From: Cyanophora paradoxa CCMP329
Taxonomy: Eukaryota; Plantae; Glaucophyta
Direction: 5' to 3'
Assembly: GCA_004431415.1 (NCBI GenBank)
Contig: QPMI01000059.1
Coordinates: forward strand, 282,819-346,818
Length of the DNA: 64,000 bases
Shown: in pieces, positions 24,401 to 37,600 of the stretch
Numbering within the stretch: position 1 is the first letter of the stretch
How the letters are laid out: each line of letters opens with the position of its first letter
The notes under the pieces: generated by a model
Told to the model about the DNA's origin: nothing
The model's input: only the letters and a program-made list of their open reading frames with translations
Database searches by the model: none
Position numbers and translations under genes: made by a program

Positions 24401-27400
24401 GATCGTAAGACTGAGCACTCTGCCGCCGTCCTTTCGAACCTACTGTATTGTTCTCTTACGCCGTACCCCCTTTGCAGGCCGCCTCTCCCCCCTCTCCACA
24501 GAGGTCCAGCGGCGCCTCTTCGTCACGGCCGTCCAGATCGGTCAGTAACAGCGACCTCGTACCCCCGCACCTTTTCCCCCGGGCTGACGCCCTCATTTCG
24601 GCTCCCGGCAGCCACATTTGCCTACATCGGTACGCTGGAGTTGGGCTGGGGCCCGCGGAGCTTCCTTTCCTGACGCCCGTATCCCACCCAGCCATTGCGC
24701 GGACTTCGATGAACTTTCTCGACTGCGCCACTGTCGGAAACATGCGCGTACCCCTACCTCGCCCTTGCGCCCCCTTCCCCCCCCGCGCCTCGCTGACCTG
24801 CACCCAGGCGAGTCCTCCGCCGGTCCCCGGCTGTTTCCTGCACCGACGCCTCCTATCGTCGCTGGTACCCCCTTTCCTTTCCGCCCCCTCTTTTTGCGGT
24901 ACCCCCAGTTCTCCTGATACTCTTCCCCCAGGCTCCCCCTCGCCTGGACGATGATCGCGGGCTACGTGATCGCCGTACCCCTTCTCGTCTTCCTCGCCGT
25001 CTTCCGCCTGGTTGTGCGCGTACCCCCCGCGCAGCTTCCCCCCCCCCCCTCCCGCTTCTCTCTCCTCCAGTTCGCCCACAGGCTTCCCCTGCAGAAGAAA
25101 AAGGGTACCAAAGAAATGTATGAAGGCGGCGCGACGCGCCTCACGTGGGGGGTACGTGTCTTCTCCCGCACACACTTCGTTCCCCCGAATCCTTTCGGTA
25201 ACACAGTACCCCTCTCCCAGGTCCTGTACGCCTGCTACCGCCCCAGCTGGAAGTTCTACGAGGTGTTCTTCATGGCCCGAAGAATGTGCGCACCCCTGGA
25301 GCCTAAACGCCCTTTCCCATTCCACGCATCTCGCCGCCGACGCATCGTCATTCCCCCCTTCAGCGTACTCATCGCTATGGACTCTGCGGTACCCCCTTTC
25401 CCTCTTACATTGCGCTTCGCCCTCGAGCTCATGTACCCCTAATGTGCAGTTCGGGAACGACGACAATGGGCGGGCGCTTGGGATGTTCTTTGCATGTTCG
25501 CTGTGCGTACCCCGGCCCCGCCCTGGCCCCCGCCCCCGCCCCCGAGACCGAGCGTCCGGGCGTGGTACAGTTTCATCGCGGTCCACGAGGCGTGCCAGCC
25601 CTTCCTGAGCCGCCTCGACAACGCCATCGAGGTCTGTACCCTCCAGGCTTTTTTTCCTGCGCCTCTCGTCTTCGGGCCGTTTCCGAGCCCGCTGTACCCA
25701 CCTCAGACGCTCTTCCTGCAAGTGCTCCTCCTCACGGCCGCCCTCGAGGCGAGTGTACAACCTGTCTCGTTTCGTGTACCCCTCCGTTGACATGACCCCA
25801 GATCGCCGCGACCGCCGCCTTCGTACCCCCAAGCTGTCCGTCCTGCGCTTCCTGTCTTGTATCGTGTACCCGTTCCTCTGCCCCTTACAGTCCCCGACAG
25901 ATTCGATCCGGGGGATTCAGTACGGAATGAACGCACTCGCCCTCCTCGTCGGTTCGCGGACGTACCCTACCCCCCCGCCTCCATCCCCCGGTATCCGATG
26001 GATCCCGTACCCCCAGGCCTGCTCCTCATCGTGCTGTTCTTCGCTCGCTACGTTCGGGCGTTGTACGGGCGTACGGGGGCCTTCAGCGTTCTCGCGCTCT
26101 TCCGGGGTACCCCGGCGACCGTGGGGTACGGCTCGGTGCCTCTTAGGTCCCCCGCCCGGGGCTCGGTGCCTCTTAGGTCCTCGGCCCGGGAGGAGGGCAC
26201 CGACGCTTTCGAGCTCCGCCCCGCCGCGACGGTACCCCTCCCCTCCTGTACCCCTCCCCCCGCATTGCCCCGCCTTCACGGAACTAAGATTGGCGGTCAG
26301 ATTGCCGTCGGCCCGCGGGCGCCCACTCCGGATCGCGAGGCGGGATCGGATCGTGATGAGGGGGGGTACGCGGACCCCGAGGGGGCGGAGGATACCCGTC
26401 CCCCGGAGTCGGCGAGACCCTCGCTATTCGTGGACCCCGTCACGGGGGGTACGCGCTGGGAGCCGCGGGGCTCCGAGGAGGTGCCTGCCCTCTCCGCCTT
26501 TCCCGGTGCGCAGTACCCCCCTCGCCCTCCTCCTCCCCCCCCCTCTTGAGATCTGACTCCGCGGCAGAGCCGGCGCCGCTTCCAGTGTCCCGAAGGTCCA
26601 GCGGGGCCCCCCGGAGGCGGAGCGCGGGGGCAGAGCCCGCCGAAATCGACGCCGAGGGGCAGGGGCAGAGGCACGCCGCTCGCATAAAGTCGCCTCTATG
26701 TACCCCCGTTAACATCGAGCTCTCCTCCCTCTCTTTCATTTTCGTGCCCCTGTACCCCCGCTGACCCGGCTTGCAGGCGCCACACCGTCTCGGGATTGGA
26801 GGAGGGCGCTCCTACCCCCACCCGGAGCCGATCTCTACCCCCCCAGACGCCGGCACTCAGCATCCAGGACCTGAGCGTCGGCGTACCCTCCAGGATGGGG
26901 CTCCGCCCCACGCCCAGAGGGGTACGGGATCAGCCCCACTTCCCCTTCTTCCGCTCCCTCTGGCAGGTGAGCGCGGTTGCCGCAGCACACACTCCGCCCC
27001 TCCCCATTCTCGCCCCTCCCCTCCCCCCTTCTCCGAGACTCCTCTACCCTTCTACCTTTTACCTTCTCTGAATTCTTTCCACCTACCCCCCTCCCCCCCC
27101 CTTTCCGAGACTCCTCTACCCTTCTACCCATCCTGAACTCCTGTACCCCCAGATGCTGGAGCCGCAGCATCAGCTGGGACAAGCAGCCGCGTCCCTGGAT
27201 CACTCGGCGTCCTCGCGGGCCCTGCTGCTGGGGGGCAGCGCCGCCTCGGAGTCCGGCTCAAACGAGGTGCTTATCATCTTTCTTTCTTTCTTTCTCTAAG
27301 ATCGAGCTCCTGATTAACCTCGCGTCTTGTTCCTTTTAATCTTCTTTGAGGTCCAGCTCGTGGCTGACCTCGCATCTCGCTTCCTTGCGGCAGGAGGGCG

Positions 27401-28002
27401 AGTCTCCGCTCCTGAGGACGCGCGGGTCCCTCCCGGGCGCGGCCGCTGCCGCGGCCGGCGCTGCCGGGGCGAGCTCAAGCGCGGGCGCGAGCGCCGGCGC
27501 GAGCCGCCACGGGGCGGACGCCCCGCGTACCCCCGTCGTCTCCGGAACGCGAACCCCCTCGTACGGCCGCTTCCGAGTCTTCCCGGCGACCGATCCGGAA
27601 TCGCCCCCGGGCCCCCGCCCGGCCTCCGCGGGGGGTACGGGCGCGCCCGCCGACGCCGGGGCACCCCTGGAGCCAAACCTGAGGATCAACCCCCGGGTCC
27701 CCACCGTCCTCGTACCCCTGCGGATCCCCTCCCTGGAGGACGTGGGCGACCCTTCGCCGCCCTCGGAGCCTGTACCCGGGCCCGCCGAAGGGGGGCCGGG
27801 GGGAGAAGGCGGCCTCACGAACCTGGCGAAGCCTGTAGCCCCCTATCGCCTCGGGCCCCTTGGGGGGGCGCCTCAGCCCCCGGCGCTCGCGCTGACCTCT
27901 GGCCCTGCGCCGCCGACGCCGACGGCGGCCGCGGGTTCGGGTCTCCAGGAAACCTTTTCGCTGACATACTGGTCCCGGGCTGGTGCCGGCGCCCCGCCGT
28001 AG
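15437..28002 (+). CDS. Large cell-surface receptor-like protein: signal peptide, Pmp-type parallel beta-helix repeats, Cys-rich region, multi-TM domain, Pro/Ala-rich tail
   Basis: Signal-like WSLIGLGLLAFLGTRAAA; recurrent FxxN + GG(A/G)(I/V/L/F) motifs (GGGAVL, QGGAVM, FNGGAIYG, YGGGGFY, GNAAAANGGGF, FRKNVALVSGGALHL, FEANEARWG); Cys-rich CLPCPPGASCPG...GFW...HRCPRGFCC...REGVLCGACKPGY; hydrophobic exons at 23.0-26.1 kb (e.g. LYACYRPSWKFYEVFFMARR, CQPFLSRLDNAIE). The many exon boundaries were not all resolved. Confidence 0.75.
20073..20126. repeat. (CCT)n microsatellite
   Basis: Pure cct run, with a shorter copy at ~20195-20215. Confidence 0.9.
21895..22340 (+). repeat. Degenerate tandem repeat made of the exon end plus 5' splice site
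   Basis: ctc(ctc)gccgacaccg|gtgcg recurs at ~21902, 22020, 22122 and 22316, separated by ttcttaagcttcttaa-type spacers. Confidence 0.85.
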
Positions 28003-28717
28003 AAAGGCGAGAAAGACGCTGCAAGGTAGCTGCAATTAAATAATGCGGATTGCGTATAGACTGGTGTAGTTAAGTATGAGATCAATTGCCGTGTACGTAT
28101 TTGCGCACATCATGGCATGCACATGGTGCTGTCTGTTATGCTGCATTCGTATGCGTGTTTACTTTTCCCATGCAATTTCTCGCTTCAAGTAAACCCACAT
28201 CTGATCTTTGCGCTGGACGTATACGTAGATCTAGACCCATCGTCGCCATCATTATATATCGCCGGTCGCGTGGGGCATCGCCGGTCGCGGAGGGCACGGG
28301 CCGGGGGGGTTGGCGCTGGCCTGGCGGGCCCGGCCCGGCCCTGGCCCCGGCCCGGGCGCCCGGCCCGCCCGCGGCCTGCCGCCGATTATGCATGCCATGA
28401 TGATCAGCTCATGATCAGCGGCTCAGCGGCTGCAGCTGCCGCAGTGCAGAGGCCCGCGATCGCGAATCGCGATGTGAATTCGAAGGCAATTTTGCGGGGG
28501 ACGCGAGGGGCTCGATCGTCACGATCTATCGATACTATGCATATGATACATCCGCATCTGCACGCGAGCGGATCTGGAACTCGCGATCGGCTAAGGGGGA
28601 TACGGCTTTGCTTAAAAAAAGAATTTCGGTCGAAATCAAGAGCCCGCGTATATAAGTAGTACGTACCGGCGTTGACCGAGTTTCTTTGACGCCCTCGTCC
28701 TTCGAGGGCAGCGGATC

Positions 28718-31700
28718 ATGGCTTCCAACTTCGACGCGCGCGCGTGGCATCGGAACGCGCTCGAAGAGCGCGCCACCAAGCTTAAGTTCGAGGTGCGCAT
28801 GCGCGCGCGCGCTCCGATCCGGTCATATGCGGCGGGGAATTCGAAGCACGCGTACGATCTCCGGTCATTTGAAGCAAAATGCGCAGAATGCGCCGGCGGC
28901 GGCCGCGGGGCACCTTCGCGTTGAATTCACCTACGTATACGACCATGCAGCGGGACTGGGCCCGTCGCGAAGCGAATCGGCTTCGTTCGGGCCACTGAAG
29001 TCGCTCGCCGGTCTGGACGAGATCTCGCTCGCCGATCTCAGTTTGGGGGTCGGGAAGGTCATCGAGAACGCTTATGTCGTCGGCTCGCTCGTGGAGCAGC
29101 CCTTCAAGGCCGTGTCGGTCAACAGCGTATTGGAGGACGACGTCGAAGTCGACGGAACAGCTGTGCGGATCTGTTTCTACAATTGCGGGCAGGCTGCAAT
29201 CGCTCGGCTGCGATCGGCGGGCAGCAGCAGTTTTTTGACGGAGGAGGACGCTCTCCTGCAGCTTTTCGCCCCTGGAACTCAGCTGTGCATTCGGCGGCCC
29301 TTCTTCAAAGTCGCTGCGGATGGACACCACGCCCTGCGCGTAGACCGGCCCGAGGACGTTATCTTCATCTCCCCTGGGGATCGCGAGCGCATCCCCAGAA
29401 GGCCCCGGCGGCGGCCCGCACCCACGTCTGCAGCGAGCTCCGCGGCCACGGCCGCAGCTTTCGATGTCGACCCGAGCGACCCTGCCAGCGCTGCGGAGCT
29501 CAACGAGCGAGGGCGCACGGCATACCTCGAGGAGAAATACGTCGTGGCCGCGCGCTGGTACAAGCTGGCAGCTTCCAGGGCCTCGGAATCGCGCGACAAA
29601 GCCAAGTATCTTAGTAACAGGTGCGTTTTATCTGTATCTTTCCATCTAAATATCAATCTATAGCTAGCGCTAAAACAAGGCAGGCCGCCCTCTAGATGCG
29701 GGCAGCTGCAGCCGCTGAGCTGCGCGTATATATCTAAATATCAAGCTAGCGCGTAGATGCGGGCAGTTGCAGCTGCGCATGCATATGCAGGCCAGGGACC
29801 TCAATCGAGATTCAAAGCTCAGCATTCCTCTCCGAGGCTAGGCAATCGTGTCTCAAATTTACGATGATGACATTCGCGTTTGCAATTTATTCAACGCATG
29901 CGCATGCGCATGCGCATGAATTGCAATATTTAGTTCCGAGTTCTAAATTCACGCATGCATTTAGTTCTAAATTCACGTATGCACTCATAATTATATAATT
30001 GCGTCGCCAGGGCGCAATCCCTTATGCGGCTCCAAGCGTTTGAAGAGGCCTACAATGCCGCATGCAAAGCAGTCGCTGCTGACTCTTCCTGGACTCGCGC
30101 CATCATTCGCCAGGGTGAGCATGCATTTGTCCAGGTTATTTGCGGTTGCAGGGGCGGAATTTGATCTAGGCCAGGTGATGCACTGTGCGCCCTGGGACGC
30201 TACGCGGATGCCGAGGAGCAGTACCGGAAATGCAAGAAGAGGCAGCTGCAGCTGTCTGAAGTGGAGAGTGGCGAATTGGAGAAGGGACTTGAGAGGTGCC
30301 TCGCCGCAGTTGCCCGGTCGGTGCGTGCACGTGCTTGATCATGATCATGAGCTTAACTTCCCTTCCGTATTTTCGGAAATACTTATATATGTTTGCAGCG
30401 TTGGTGCAAAGATGGAGAGCAGTCATTCGAGAATCTGATGGCGGCTCAGGTACAAGAGTTTCAGACTTCCCCCGAGAAGCAAGCCGAAATGATCAGGTCC
30501 GCGATCCGCGATTGTACGTCATGATCATTGCATGTTCATTAATATCAACATCATGCAACTCTCAAATGCAATTAGGGCTGTGAACGAAGCGATGAATTCG
30601 AAGAACCCCTCCACAAAAAGGATGTTTGGACTTTATCTGAAACATTTCGCAAGCCTACAGGAGGCTAATTTCTTGCTGAACGGCTCACATGGACGGCCGA
30701 GAGACCCTCGGAAAGCCGCGAAGCTGTATCGGGAGGCCGCAGAGGCCGGAGTGCCTCAAGGCGCATACCAGCTCGCAGTCATTCTTTCAGGTGAACACGA
30801 GGGCTGCGGCGTACCAGCCGATCATGCGGAAGTTGGCAGGCTTTTGGAGGTCAAACTCAATTTCAGCAATTCCAATCTCAGTAGTTGACTAGTCTCGATT
30901 CGTTCGGCAGAAAGCAGCTGGCTGTGACCCCTGGCTGGCGAAGCCGGTGCTTTATCAGATTGGCGTCGTGGAGTCATGGCACGCCCTCGGCGTTCGCTAC
31001 CGCGACGGGATGGGTTGCCCCGTCGATCTGGAGAAGTCCTTCGCCTGGTTTCGAAAGAGCGCTGAATCCGGTACCTATTAAATATTATATATTCCAGATT
31101 TGTTTTTAGATCGTGAGATTCAATTTTGCGTACGAATAGGCCTTCCTTCTCCAGTGGTGACTCAGTCAAAAGTCGAGATGGGCAACGCTTTTGGTTACGG
31201 CCGGGGAGTTGCGGCCGATCTCGAGACGGCAAGGGTGTGGTGAGTGGAATTCAGCCTGTACGCGCATCATGATCACTAGCTATAGCCTAGCAGTTCCGGA
31301 TCCACCTCTAATCATTCTCGATCGCGAGCAGGTTTGAAAGGGCAGCCTCGGATGGATATGCGCCAGGACAGTATGAGCTTGCTCGTATGCTTCTAATGGG
31401 CCTCGGAGGCCCGTGCGATTATGTGGAAGCCAGGTAAGCTCGATCGCGATTCGATATTCAATTGCAACTTTGCGCGTTACAGCTAAGCTTGCAATTGGCA
31501 TCCGTTAACGTTCGAACAGGCGCTTGTTCCGAAAAGCAGCCACGCAGGGGCACAACAAGGCTGCAGAAGCGCTCGCAACAATGCAGAGCGACTCTTTTGA
31601 AGCTTTCGATGTCCGTCTGGAAGCAGCGAAAGCGCTGACAGCGTCGGCGGAAATGATGTTTGCCGTCGCTTTGAGCTACTTGGTACGCCTTAATATTAAT

Positions 31701-33787
31701 ATAGATTCTTCTAGTTTTGAAACTTGCAGTTGATCTCGAATGCATTTTCTGACTTCTTATCCGAACAGAATGGCACAGATGGCGCACCTGTGAACAAGAA
31801 TGAAGCGCGAAGCTGGTTCAAAAAGGTGTCGTACTGATCATGAGCGGATATTATTGAGAATATGTATGCATATGGCCATGGCTTGAACGCTGAGATAAAA
31901 CCCTATGACAGGCGGCAAACAATGGATTCGCACCCGCTCAACTCAATCTCTCTGTCTGTTTTTCCGAGGGCATTGGGGGACCAGCAAGCGACGACGCAGC
32001 GTTCTTTTGGATGCAGAAGGCGGCAGAGCAACGTGTGTATTTACAAAACCGTGAAAGAGTTCATAGGAAGTATAATTACATGCATTTATATACGTGTGCA
32101 GAGTTTCCGGAGGCGGAGTTCCGCTTGGCGCAGATGCTTTTCCGCGGCACTGGTTGCGAAAAGGTGCACAATTAATATTAAAATAAAAGCTGTGATTTTA
32201 TATGCGGCGTTGTAGATTTAGACTCTCGCAGGATCGAAAGAAAGCCTCTATCTGGGCCAAGCGGGCCGCAAAGCACGGATGCAAGGACGCCGAATCCTTC
32301 ACAGAACCCGATTCGTTCGATGACGTCGAGGTTATGATTAAGCGCTTGGAAGCTTTCGAAATCGAAAGTCCTCCCCCAGCGGGAATGTCAATGCAAGCCT
32401 GCATGCTCAGGTTGGTTGTTCAATAATTATAAATTTAAACAATAATCAAAGCCTCCTACTCCTCGATATTCATTCGTGTCGGCAGAATGGCTGCCGCTCA
32501 ATGCAAAGACGAGCAACAGCGAAGCAAGGTGGAGAGTTTGGCAGAGTTGATAGAGCGATCCAACCAGCGTCGCGAGCACGGCTACTCTCCGCTCAATGTA
32601 AACGTCTATACAACGCCCGAAACGCCGTTTTCTATCCAGTACCTGGAGGCGCTGGCAGCTTCCGGCTCCGAGACGGCGCGCCAGCTCCTCATCCCTCGGC
32701 GCTTGTGGGAGGAGGGCGTGGCAATGCTTCGCGAGTCCCCGCTTCAAGCCCTTGAGAAGATAGCCAGCGCGCACCAGATGGAGGGCCTTGTTTGCGAGCG
32801 CTCTCCCCAGCTGCACGATTTTCTCGACGTGAGCGTAGACAGGTCTAGATCTCACAAATTAATCAATGGCTTAATTTCGTGCGCCAGATGGTTCTCAAGG
32901 TGATCCTGGATCATTACCCCGAAAATGTGCCCGCCCTCTATTTGAAGGGCCTCTTCGAGGCGTCCAAGCGAAATTTCGTGCGTAGCGCGATCAATTTAAT
33001 TCTCTCCAATTGAATTATTCAAAACTCTGACGTCCAAATTCGTGATCAGGAGTTCGGCCTCTCCATGATTGATCGTGCTATTCGACTTCGCCCCAATGAT
33101 CCCGGCCTGCTCGCTTCTCGTGCCAACGTGAGCTGCATGGGGCCTGGAGACAGGGGGATGGAGGAGGGGGCGGACTTCTTCACCCGGGCAATCTCGCTTG
33201 TCGACTTCGGATCCGCGGCCGGAGCCTGCAACTCCGGATCCGGATCCGGCTGGTGTTGGGCAGACCTTTTCCACCAGCGCGGGAAATGCAACTGCGATCG
33301 CAACGCCCGCGCCGCTATTTCCGACTTCCTCAAGTACATCGAACTCGCGGCCCCCGATGCTCGGCACGTTGCAGAGGCGCACTACTATCTTTTCTCCCAG
33401 TACGCTCTAGAGCTGGGCGACAAGGACTCGGCCCTGCACCACTTCGACCTCGCCAAGCTGGCCGAGAAACAGCGGCTCTCGGTCTTCAAAGGAGAGATGT
33501 CGGAGGTGCAGAGCATCGCAGAGCACATGGCTCCACAGCTTCGCACGCGGAAGGGCGCAGCAATGCTGGAATCGATGACGCGGAAGCACGCAGCAGCTGC
33601 TCGCGGGCGGAAGTCGACCGGTTCTACAACTGCCGCGCCCCGCACCTGCGACGCGTGTGGGAAGCCGGAGGCCGATCGCAAGGAATCGCCGCTCCTCCGG
33701 TGCACGCAGTGCAAGCAGCGGCACTACTGCGACAAGGAGTGTCAGCGCGCAGACTGGAAGACGCACAAGCGCGATTGCAAGCCCTAA
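28718..33787 (+). CDS. TPR + SEL1-repeat + C-terminal MYND zinc-finger protein
   Basis: N-terminal domain (LEDD...ICFYN...PGTQLCIRRPFFKVAADGHHALRVDRPEDVIF); TPR helices (ELNERGRTAY...KYLSNR); SEL1 repeats (RDPRKAAKLYREAAEAGVPQGAYQL, DLEKSFAWFRKSAESG, AQYELARMLLMGLGG, AQLNLSVCFSEGIG); MYND CDACGK...CTQCKQRHYCDKECQRADWKTHKRDC before the stop at 33787. Confidence 0.85.
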
Positions 33788-34608
33788 AGTTAATCTATAG
33801 CTACTATCCGCTTCTAAGCTTGTATCCGCTTTCTATGATTTCGAATATTCATAATCAATTGCAAGTCGATGTCGAATTCATGATCATCGATTGTATATCG
33901 ATCGCGATCATCATGGCATATGCATGCATGATCGATATCATCAAATATTGAAATCCGGCGCCGGCCGCCGGGGTGAGGGCGCCGGCGGCGGGCGGAAATT
34001 AATTCAAAGCTTTCAAGGGCTCATGATCAGCGCGGCTGAAAAGAATTCGAACTGCCATCCGGATCCGAACTAAGGACTCCGGGATCCACGAAATGACCGT
34101 CGACTTTGACGGTCGACGTCGAATATCGCATTAAGCTGCCGAACATGCATAGCATGATCATGAACGCAGGCATACACATGTCCCGGATCCGGAGTCCACC
34201 GCAGCTGCAGGTGCTCTCGCGCACGTACGCGTGTGCTCAGCGGCTCTGCTGCGCTGCGCAGGATGAGCTGTCGCTGCTGCTCATGTGCGACGGCGACGCG
34301 GCAAAGCTGTGCGGGCCGCGGCCGCCGGGCTGCGCGGCAAAAAACGTTAACGGGCCGCGCGCGCGGAGTCGACGCGAAAGCGTACGCGTATACGTACGCG
34401 TACGCGACAGCAGGCACGACGCAGCTGCTGCGCCGCCCGCATCTGCTGCGCATGCGCATGCAGGCCCGGCACGCACTCAGCCGCCTGGCTGCCGCCAGCA
34501 CTAGGGGGTACACGCTTCGACAGAAAAAAAGAGCACAGAATCCAGCTGCAGAGCCGGCGATCAGCGATCGGCCGGCATCAGCGAGGCAGCGGCATCTCTT
34601 AGGAAGCA

Positions 34609-37600
34609 ATGACAGTGCCCGCGAAGCTCGCCAGGCCCGGCCTCCGCTCGCGTGACGGGGGAACCGCTGTGCCGCTCAAAGCGCTGCTCGTCACTGCCGT
34701 CATCGATGGCTACTGCTGTGAGACAACACGTACGTCCATTTCAAAGATCGCGCTGCAGTCGATTGCGCCGCCGCGCCGCGGCTGACCCTCGGACGCTTGG
34801 ATCGGCAGTTCGCCACATCTTCAAGCACGAGGGCCACTTGCCCGTGGAAGTCGTGTACCGCTTTCAAGTTCCTGAGAACGCTTCCGTGTCGGGCTTCGAG
34901 GCCCGCATCGGCCCCGCGGAGATCACGGGGAGAGTCGGCGATGCGAACCCCGACGCAGCAGCGGCGGCGGCGGCGGCGCACGCGACAGCGGCCGCGATGG
35001 GCGCTCTGGACGGCGACTGCTCCGACGGGTTCCTGACGCTGGACTCGGGGCGCCTGGCCCTCGCGCCGAACGCCGAGGCGATCTTCACCGTCTCCATCGT
35101 CCACGAGCTGCCGCCGGCCGGCGACGGCGCCGCGCGCTTCGCGCTCCCTTCCGCGGCGCTCCTGCCGGACGAGGAGCTCGAGGTGCGCGCCGGCGTGGCG
35201 CCCGCCGCGGCGCGTTCGGAGCCGCCAGGCGCGGCCCGAACTCGATCCGCGCAGGACGCGCCGGTGGACGTGTCCGTCGACCTCTCGTTCGCCGCGCCGC
35301 TGCCGCTCTCCATCGGCGCCGTGCGCTCCCCGACGCACGCCTCCCAGCTCGGTGCGCCGGGGCCGCCCGCCGCCGCCCGCCCGCCCGGTCCGCCGCCTCC
35401 TGACCGCGCGCCGCGCAGCCGTGATCAGAGAGGGCGACATCACGCGCGTCACGATCGGCCCCGTGGTGCGAGCGGGCGGACGCGCCGGTCGCGCGTTGGG
35501 CCGCTGAGGCGGCGCGGGGCGCGGGGGCGGCAGGCGCTGAAGCGCTGCGGGGGGCGCTGGCGGTGGAGGCGCCGATGGACGGCCCGGCGGCGTTCCTCTG
35601 GTCGGACGCGGTGGACGGGAAGGGGCCGGCGGCGCTGGCGCTGAGCGCGGCGCCCTCGTGGCCGGCCATGGACCCCGCCGAGCTCGAGGTCTTCTTCGCC
35701 CTCGACCGCGCCCTCGGCAGGGCCAGGCGCGCCCGCCCGCCCCGCCCGCCCCCACGCCCGCCCGGCCGCAGGCCAGCGCTAGTCGCCGTGGCTCTGACGC
35801 CCCCGTCCCGCAGGCTGGAGCAGGCCAAGAGCGCTGTGCGCACCGCCGTGCGCTCGCTCCCCCACGGCGCCCACTTCGACATCCTCGGTCCGCGTACCCG
35901 TCCAGCTTCTTCCCCCCCCTTCCCCCTCCTCTGAATCGGCCGTAGCCTTCGGGAGCGATGTCGAGCGTCTCTGCGCGGCGGGCAAACCGCAGGCTCTCTC
36001 TGACAAGGCTCTATCCCATGTGCTTTCTTTCTTGAACATCCTTAACACATCTTTCATTGAAACCCTATTACGTCTTCATAGGCCGACAAGTTTCTGGAGC
36101 GCGTGCGCCCGGCGGACTGCCCCGGGGGGGCCGACCTATGGAGGGGTACCGCCGCCGCCCTAGACTGCGCGGGGGCCCCGGGGCGCCCCCGGTACCCCCC
36201 CCCCCCCCCCCCCCCCGCCCCGTTCCTATGAGTTTTCGGCTTAGCAACTTTCGGTCGCAGGCAGCGGCAGGTCATTCTGGTGACGAGCGCCAAGGTGCGA
36301 GTGCGAGCGCCCTCCTCCCTTTCCGCCCCCCTCCTCCGCCCCCCCCTCCCCCTCCCCCCCTCTTCCGCCCCCCTCCCCTCTTCTTCCCCACTCTGACCCG
36401 ACCTGATCCGGCCTTACCGATCCGACTCGATATGATTTGATCTGATTTGATCTGATCTGATCTGATCTGATCTGACCCGACGCGGCCTCAGAACGAGGGC
36501 TCCGAGGAGGTGGTGGCGCTCGTGCAGAGCCGCGCCGAAGAGGTGCCTGGGCTCTCTTTTTTTAATGCATACAGTGTACCCCGGCGGCCTAGACGAAGAC
36601 CAAAGAAACTAAGGCCCAGCTCTCTTGGCCCTCTTTTTTTAGGAGCTTTGAATCACGTGCACATACCTATGAAGCCTAAAATGTTCAGTTTAAGATCTGA
36701 ACCCTCTCTGTTTCATGTAGCAGCCCCTCCGCGCGCCTTCAGACTGCTGACCGCCCCCCCTCTCCCCCCCAGGCGCGGGTCTTCGCCGTTGGGACGTGCG
36801 AGCCGCTCGCGGCGGCCCTCGCCCGCGCCGGCGCCGGCTTCCCCGAGTTCGTACCCGGTCCGCTCCTTCCCCCCCCCCGCTTCTCCCCCCCCCGCCCCCT
36901 CTTCTCAGGCGGCGCGGGGCAGAGGGGGCGCGGCTGGAGGGGCCGGTGCTGCGGCAGCTGCGGCGCTGCGTGGCGCCGGGCCTCGGCCGCCTCGCCGCCG
37001 ACTGGGGCCTCCCCCGCACCCTCCAGGCCCGCCCCCTCACCACGCGTACCCCCCCTCCAAGCTCATCGACTCGCCCCCCCCCCCTTCCCCTTTCCAGGCC
37101 CCGCGGGAGCTGCCGTCGCTCCTGTTCGCCGGCGACCGCCTCACCGCCTACGCCTTCGGTCCCCCGCCGGTCCGCTTCTTCTCTCTTCAGACTTTTAGCT
37201 TATTGAAAAGCTTACTCAGCTTTAGCCTCTTCAAGACCTTAATAATTAGTTTATATACGAAGTTATTTACGAAGATCTAGAGCCTCCGCCCCACCGTCCC
37301 CTCACCGCCTACGCCTTTGGTCCCCCGCCGGTCCGCTTCTTCTCCTTCTTCTTCAAAGCTTTTGCTTGTCAGAAGCTTGTTAGAAGTCTTCCTTCGTCCC
37401 CCTCGAGGCTTAATTCCTCTTCCTTAACATCGTTAACATCCTTAACACATCTTCATTAAACCTTGTAATAATTATGACATCTTGTGATTACTGTTCGAGA
37501 TTTCCTCTCCCTCCCTGGTAGAGCCCGCGCCCCTTCATTCCTCCGCCTGAGCCTTCTTTCTTGTGCGCATGTGCAGGAGGGCGGGCAGGCCCCGGCGCTC

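Noticed and set aside
24456-25832. 458-aa minus-strand ORF
   Set aside because: Antisense shadow of the TM-encoding exons of the plus-strand receptor gene.
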